A stretch of DNA of 64,000 nucleotides from an uncultured Spirochaetia bacterium (GTDB lineage Bacteria > Spirochaetota > Spirochaetia > CAKZLE01): contig CAKZLE010000005.1 of assembly GCA_937125225.1 (NCBI GenBank), positions 14,441 through 78,440 of the forward strand. Reading direction: 5' to 3'. Shown here one piece after another: positions 59,082 to 64,000 of this stretch. The stretch's first letter is position 1, and the number at the start of each line of letters is the position of its first letter. The translations under genes and the position numbers were made by a program. Under the pieces are notes generated by a model that saw only the letters and a program-made list of their open reading frames with translations, did no database searches and was not told the DNA's origin.

Positions 59082-59636
59082 ATGAAAGACGTTTTACATA
59101 ATGCTGAAGAAAGAATGAAGAAGAGCATCGTAAGCCTTGAAAATGAGTTCAATGCATTACGAACAGGTAGAGCATCTGCTGCCCTATTTGATAAAATAAG
59201 AGTTGACTACTATGGACAGCCTTCCCCGCTATCACAGGTTGCTAACATATCCATCCCAGAAGCCAGACTAGTCGTGATACAACCTTGGGATAAGAATCTT
59301 ATCAATGAGATTGAGAAAGCTATCATGTCTTCTGAACTATCATTGAATCCAAGTAATGATGGAAAAGTCATCCGAATCAATATACCACCATTGACAGAAG
59401 AAAGAAGAAAAGATCTCGTAAAGGTTGCAAAGAATACCGCTGAACAGAGTCGTGTCGCTATTCGAAACATAAGAAGAGATGCTATTGAATCAATCAAGCA
59501 ACTTGAGAAGAACAAAGAGATCAGCGAAGATGAACAGAAAGTCGGAGAGACAAAAGTCCAGAAATTGACAGACACCTATGTCAAGAAGATCAATGATATT
59601 CTCACAATCAAAGAGCAGGAGATCATGGAAGTTTAA
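59082..59636 (+). CDS. frr: ribosome recycling factor
   Basis: MKDVLHNAEERMKKSIVSLENEFNALRTGRAS…; RBS AGGAG at 59072-59076. The ORF-track start at 59022 was rejected because it has no RBS and reads through the terminator. Confidence 0.9.
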   Translation: MKDVLHNAEERMKKSIVSLENEFNALRTGRASAALFDKIRVDYYGQPSPLSQVANISIPEARLVVIQPWDKNLINEIEKAIMSSELSLNPSNDGKVIRINIPPLTEERRKDLVKVAKNTAEQSRVAIRNIRRDAIESIKQLEKNKEISEDEQKVGETKVQKLTDTYVKKINDILTIKEQEIMEV

Positions 59637-59658
59637 CTTCTTGAAAAGGTAGGTAGTC

Positions 59659-60360
59659 ATGAGTTCAAATCTGCCGAACCATATTGCTATTATCATGGAT
59701 GGAAATGGCAGATGGGCAAAGCTGAGAAACAAATCAAGATCGTTCGGGCATCTTGAAGGATTAAAGACAGCGAAAAGAATCATCTCTAAACTTTCAGAGT
59801 TCGGGATTTCTTATGTTACCTTATATGTCTTCTCAACAGAAAATTGGAAGAGACCTCCAAAAGAGGTCTCCTACCTTATGAGTCTGATCACCTCATATAT
59901 AAAGAAAGAGTATTCATTCTATGATGAGTATGATCTGAAAGTCACCTTTACTGGTGATATTTCAGGTCTACCTCCAGAGGTCTCCGATGCGATGAGAGAG
60001 ACTGAAGAGTATACATCACATAAAAAAGGTACAACAGTCAATCTTGCTGTTAATTATGGTGGGCGAGATGAACTGCTACGCGCCTTTAATAGATATATCG
60101 AAACACAACCAGACAAGGTTATACCAATCGATCATGAGAGTCTAAGTTCATATCTTGATCATCCAGAGATCCCAGATCCAGACTTGGTCATCAGGTCAGC
60201 AGGAGAGCAAAGACTCAGTAACTTTCTCATATGGGAAGCTGCCTACTCTGAACTGTATTTTTCTGATAAACTATGGCCTGATTGGACAGGTGATGATGTA
60301 GAACTAGCAATTGCTGCATATCAGGATCGTACAAGAAAATTTGGAGGAATCGTATCATGA
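59659..60360 (+). CDS. uppS: undecaprenyl diphosphate synthase
   Basis: HIAIIMDGNGRWA and …RSAGEQRLSNFLIWEAAYSELYF… cis-prenyltransferase motifs. Confidence 0.95.
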   Translation: MSSNLPNHIAIIMDGNGRWAKLRNKSRSFGHLEGLKTAKRIISKLSEFGISYVTLYVFSTENWKRPPKEVSYLMSLITSYIKKEYSFYDEYDLKVTFTGDISGLPPEVSDAMRETEEYTSHKKGTTVNLAVNYGGRDELLRAFNRYIETQPDKVIPIDHESLSSYLDHPEIPDPDLVIRSAGEQRLSNFLIWEAAYSELYFSDKLWPDWTGDDVELAIAAYQDRTRKFGGIVS

Positions 60361-61205
60361 ACACACTTACACAACGTATACTACTTACGGTGATAGGTAT
60401 TCCAGTATTCTTTTCTAGTATCTTCTTCTTTCCTCAAGCTCACTATCTATTCTTTACTATCATCTGTATTGGTTTTAGCATTCTAGGATCTTATGAGATC
60501 AATCGAATCATTAAGAGTTCAGTTGGTGAAAACACCCTCCTGCATCCAATCATCACGGGTATCGCCCCATTCTCCATGTATCTACAACTATATGTCTTTA
60601 CAGAGTTTCAAGTAACTTTCATTATCTATATGGCCATATTGTTGTATTTACTTGCTAAAGAGATTTTCATTGGGGACAAAGATAATTTTCAGAAGAGTAT
60701 TCTACGCATGGCTACCTCATTTTTTCAACTGATTTATCCATCATTCTTTGTTATCTTCGTAATCTATCTCACCTCTTTTGCACATGCTGATTCATTGATC
60801 ATTTACTGGTTTCTCATGATCTTTTCAAATGATGTCTTCGCATATGTATTTGGTATGCTATTGGGGAAAGGGTCAAGAGGATTCCTACCGGTAAGTCCTA
60901 ATAAAAGTCTTGTAGGTTTTGCAGGTGGATTTTGTATAACCCTTTTGAACGGTTATATTTTTTATACATTGGTTACACCGCTCCAAGAGATTGCTCCTTT
61001 ATGGGTCTTTCTCATACTTTCAGCCTGTATCTCCATCTTTGCTAACCTTGGAGATCTTGTTGAATCAGCGATGAAGCGTTCATCAGATAAAAAAGACTCA
61101 GGTAAAATCATTCCTGGTCGAGGTGGAGTCTTAGATACTATAGATTCTATAATATTCAGTGCTCCCATTTTCATTCTTTTTCTTATTTATATCCTGAAGG
61201 TGTGA
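60357..61205 (+). CDS. cdsA: phosphatidate cytidylyltransferase
   Basis: Polytopic membrane protein with C-terminal CTP-transferase signature …SAMKRSSDKKDSGKIIPGRGGVLDTIDS…; 4-nt overlap with uppS. Confidence 0.9.
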   Translation: MNTLTQRILLTVIGIPVFFSSIFFFPQAHYLFFTIICIGFSILGSYEINRIIKSSVGENTLLHPIITGIAPFSMYLQLYVFTEFQVTFIIYMAILLYLLAKEIFIGDKDNFQKSILRMATSFFQLIYPSFFVIFVIYLTSFAHADSLIIYWFLMIFSNDVFAYVFGMLLGKGSRGFLPVSPNKSLVGFAGGFCITLLNGYIFYTLVTPLQEIAPLWVFLILSACISIFANLGDLVESAMKRSSDKKDSGKIIPGRGGVLDTIDSIIFSAPIFILFLIYILKV

Positions 61206-62338
61206 TCCAAATGAAGAAACGAATAATCATCCTAGGAGCTACAGGCTCTATAGGTTTTAATACTCTCGATGTAGTTAGACGATTTCATGAAGATTTTGAG
61301 ATAGTAGGTATGACTGCTCATACTCAAACTGAACTCTTATGTAAAATTGCACAAGAGTTCGATGTTAAGAATTTAGCACTCTCAGGAAAAGTAAAACAGA
61401 TAGAAGAGATTTCTCATTATGGGAGTCAAGGAGTGTTAGATCTCATTCATCAGACTGAGGCAGATATAGTTGTCAATGGGATATCTGGTGCAGCTGGGCT
61501 CATGCCATCCGTAGTTACCCTAGAAAGCGACAAAGACCTGGCACTTGCGAATAAAGAGACTGTAGTCACTGCAGGTCCTCTTATTTCAGAATTAGCAAAA
61601 AGTAAAAACAAGAGAATACAACCAGTAGATTCTGAACATGCTGCAATTTTTCAATTGACCCGATTCAGACCAGAAAATCATCTAAAAAAAATCATACTCA
61701 CCTCCTCGGGAGGCCCCTTTAGAAATACAGATCATGAATCTATGAAAAAAGCTACTTTGAAAGATGCTCTGAATCATCCTACTTGGGCAATGGGGAGTAA
61801 AATCTCCATTGATTCGGCAACTCTAGCAAATAAAGGGTTAGAAGTTATAGAGACGGTTCATCTGTTTGGTGTTTCACCTGATATGATTGATGTTCTCATT
61901 CACCCTCAGAGTCTGGTTCATTCACTTATAAAGGCAACTGATGGATCACAATATGCACAAATAAGTGAACCAGATATGAAAGTTCCAATCATGAACGCCT
62001 TGCTCTATCCTGAGATAGGTAATACCATGTTCAAAGATTTAGATCTTACCGATAAAGTCTTGGAATTCTTCAAACCTGATACTCAACGATTTCCGATGCT
62101 CAAATACGCCTATGAGGTGTTACGAGCTGAAGGATCCTATTCTATAGCTTTCAATGCTGCTAACGAGGTCGCAGTCGAAGCCTTCATCTCTGGTCAAATA
62201 AAGTTCATGGATATCCCTGAACTGGTAAGTTCAGTACTTCAATTAGATTGGTCGCAGAAATCATTATCCTTTGCAGAGGTCTTATCTATAGATAGAAAAG
62301 TTAGAGAAAAAAGCATCGAAATCCTGGAGTCTATATGA
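61202..62338 (+). CDS. dxr: 1-deoxy-D-xylulose 5-phosphate reductoisomerase
   Basis: ILGATGSIGFNTLDV NADPH-binding motif, …LANKE…, …HPNWAMG-like HPTWAMGSKISIDSAT…; 378 aa. Confidence 0.95.
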   Translation: MIQMKKRIIILGATGSIGFNTLDVVRRFHEDFEIVGMTAHTQTELLCKIAQEFDVKNLALSGKVKQIEEISHYGSQGVLDLIHQTEADIVVNGISGAAGLMPSVVTLESDKDLALANKETVVTAGPLISELAKSKNKRIQPVDSEHAAIFQLTRFRPENHLKKIILTSSGGPFRNTDHESMKKATLKDALNHPTWAMGSKISIDSATLANKGLEVIETVHLFGVSPDMIDVLIHPQSLVHSLIKATDGSQYAQISEPDMKVPIMNALLYPEIGNTMFKDLDLTDKVLEFFKPDTQRFPMLKYAYEVLRAEGSYSIAFNAANEVAVEAFISGQIKFMDIPELVSSVLQLDWSQKSLSFAEVLSIDRKVREKSIEILESI

Positions 62339-63705
62339 TCATAACCATCATCCTTGGGCTCATCGGTCTTGGTCTAGTAATATTTATTCATGAACTTGGC
62401 CATTTTGTCATGGCCAAAAGTGTCAAGATCGATGTTGAGAGTTTCGCATTAGGATGGGGGCCGAAATTGGTCGGTTTCACAAAAGGGAAAACTGAATACA
62501 AGATTAATATTCTCCCTATTGGGGGCTATTGCCGAATGAAAGGTGAATATGAATTTAAAGAGGCTATTGAGAAAAAAATGGCAGCTTTCCCCTATTCAGA
62601 AGGTTCACTGTTCTCTGTTACACCACTAAAACGGCTACTCACCTATGCTGCCGGACCTTTTTTTAATATACTCTTCGCAATTATTCTCTTCTCCATAGTC
62701 TGGACCATTGGTTATGATACTCAAACCTTTACCAATAGAATCATAATCGCAAATGATTATCCGGCAATATATGGAGAATCCCAAGTCTTAAGCCCTGCAG
62801 AATTAGCAGGTTTACAATCGGGGGATACGATCATCTCGATAGATGATTCACCCATCAATAGTTTTGCTGATATCCAAAGTACTTTGATCGATCAAGCAGA
62901 TAAAGAGTTAACTATTATCTTTGAACATGAAGGAAAAACTATTTCAAGTACATTGATTCCTGAATTGAATAAGAAAACAGGAGCGGGAGTTATGGGAATT
63001 GCCCCATGGATTGCTCCTGTAATAGAGTCCATCCCAGAAACTTCAATGCTCATAGCAAGTGATTTAATTCCTGGAGATTTGATTTTGGCTATCGATGAGA
63101 CCTCTATACACAGTGTCATTGATATTTATAACTATATTTCCCTTAATAACAGTAAGGAACATCTTTATACGATACTTCGTGATGGAGAACAGAAAACAAT
63201 CACTGTATTATCAGAATATGATACAAATGGGCATCCTGTATTCAATGCAATCTTTCCCTTGCTCATTGTATCTACTCCTGATTACCCCCCTCTTCAATCG
63301 TTAGGTAAAGGGATCTCAGAGACCTTCTCGACCTTTGGTCTTGCGTTTCATAGTATAGCGTTACTATTTCAAGGGTTGGATTTAAAAGAATCCATGGCAG
63401 GTCCTATAAAGATTACCTATCTTGTCGGAACAGCGACTTCTCAAAGCTTTTCAGAAGGTTTTCTTGTAGGTATTACCACAGTTTTCCGTTTATTAGGATT
63501 CATTAGTGTTGCACTCTGTTTTGCCAATCTTCTCCCAATACCTGCTCTAGACGGAGGACAGATGATAGTCTCAGTTACTGAGATGATTCTCCACAGAGGT
63601 TTTTCTCCTCAAAACTATTATCGTTTACAACTCATCGGTTTTGGGATACTGATCACAATCATGATACTTACCCTCTTCAATGATATTAGTTTCTTTATGG
63701 GATAA
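62335..63705 (+). CDS. rseP: RIP site-2 metalloprotease RseP
   Basis: HELGHF zinc motif in the first TM helix, PDZ domain(s) in the middle, LDGG motif near the C-terminus (…NLLPIPALDGGQM…). Confidence 0.9.
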   Translation: MIITIILGLIGLGLVIFIHELGHFVMAKSVKIDVESFALGWGPKLVGFTKGKTEYKINILPIGGYCRMKGEYEFKEAIEKKMAAFPYSEGSLFSVTPLKRLLTYAAGPFFNILFAIILFSIVWTIGYDTQTFTNRIIIANDYPAIYGESQVLSPAELAGLQSGDTIISIDDSPINSFADIQSTLIDQADKELTIIFEHEGKTISSTLIPELNKKTGAGVMGIAPWIAPVIESIPETSMLIASDLIPGDLILAIDETSIHSVIDIYNYISLNNSKEHLYTILRDGEQKTITVLSEYDTNGHPVFNAIFPLLIVSTPDYPPLQSLGKGISETFSTFGLAFHSIALLFQGLDLKESMAGPIKITYLVGTATSQSFSEGFLVGITTVFRLLGFISVALCFANLLPIPALDGGQMIVSVTEMILHRGFSPQNYYRLQLIGFGILITIMILTLFNDISFFMG

Positions 63706-63712
63706 GGTTTAT

Positions 63713-64000
63713 TATTGTTGTTCTCTTGTAAGAGAAACGAATTTTGTGAATTTTGGCTGAAAACCTAATTTCAGAGTTCCAATAGGGCCATTTCTCTGTT
63801 TAGCAAGAATGATTTGCGTCTCGATGATATCTTTGTCCTGATCATCTATCTCTTTCTCAGTCTCTCGTTCCTTATGAATGAACATGACGACATCAGCATC
63901 CTGCTCTATTGAACCAGATTCCCGTAAGTCTGCAAGATTTGGCTCTTTCCCTTCGGACTGTCGACCTACCTGAGAAAGACAAACAACAGGTATATCAAGC
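63713..64000 (-). CDS. dnaB: replicative DNA helicase DnaB, C-terminal fragment; the N-terminus lies beyond the window end
   Basis: Reverse translation gives …LDIPVVCLSQVGRQSEGKEPNLADLRESGSIEQDADVVMFIHKERE…IILAKQRNGPIGTLKLGFQPKFTKFVSL…*, the conserved DnaB C-terminal motifs H4 and KNRNGPxG. Confidence 0.8.

Noticed and set aside
1-64000. Search for tRNA, rRNA, CRISPR, IS elements or prophage genes
   Set aside because: No cloverleaf-like GC-rich 75-nt segments in the few intergenic regions; no repeat-spacer arrays; no transposase, integrase or phage structural motifs in any frame. I cannot run tRNAscan or Infernal, so small ncRNAs in the AT-rich 46.7-47.0 kb and 49.2-49.4 kb regions cannot be excluded.

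Overview
This 64-kb window is a densely packed chromosomal stretch from a low-GC (about 38-40 % by eye) spirochete-like bacterium. Several arrangements match Treponema/Borrelia-type chromosomes:
- gap-pgk on the minus strand.
- A V-type ATPase operon atpE-hyp-A-B-D-I-K.
- uvrA next to a giant acidic LptD-like protein.
- A eukaryote-like (type 2) IleRS.
- rpsB-tsf-frr-uppS-cdsA-dxr-rseP with no pyrH between tsf and frr.

I call about 59 CDS, almost all core housekeeping. They include a phoH-pgpH-ybeY-corC operon and a long collinear minus-strand block ffh-rpsP-KH-rimM-trmD-rplS-hyp-coaD-rpmF-acpP-rnc. I recognised no rRNA, tRNA, CRISPR, IS/transposase or phage genes.

The locus most worth a second look is at 49.4-53.1 kb. 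It holds a clear orthologue of the XPB/ERCC3/Rad25 helicase family, followed 4 nt later by a 675-aa protein. That protein contains, as I recall the p52 sequence, a segment resembling the TFIIH p52/Tfb2 C-terminal region. The pair sits immediately next to a small AT-rich accessory island with a DUF2089-like HTH protein, two small membrane/secreted proteins and a membrane-bound GGDEF cyclase.

Secondary items are a P-loop (HprK-like)::Asp23-like fusion protein divergent from the V-ATPase operon, with a 7-bp inverted repeat in the shared promoter region; a tandem 18-bp/hexapeptide repeat forming a C-terminal tail on ribosomal protein S2; and an unknown 145-aa basic Cys/His protein embedded in the ribosomal-protein/trmD cluster.
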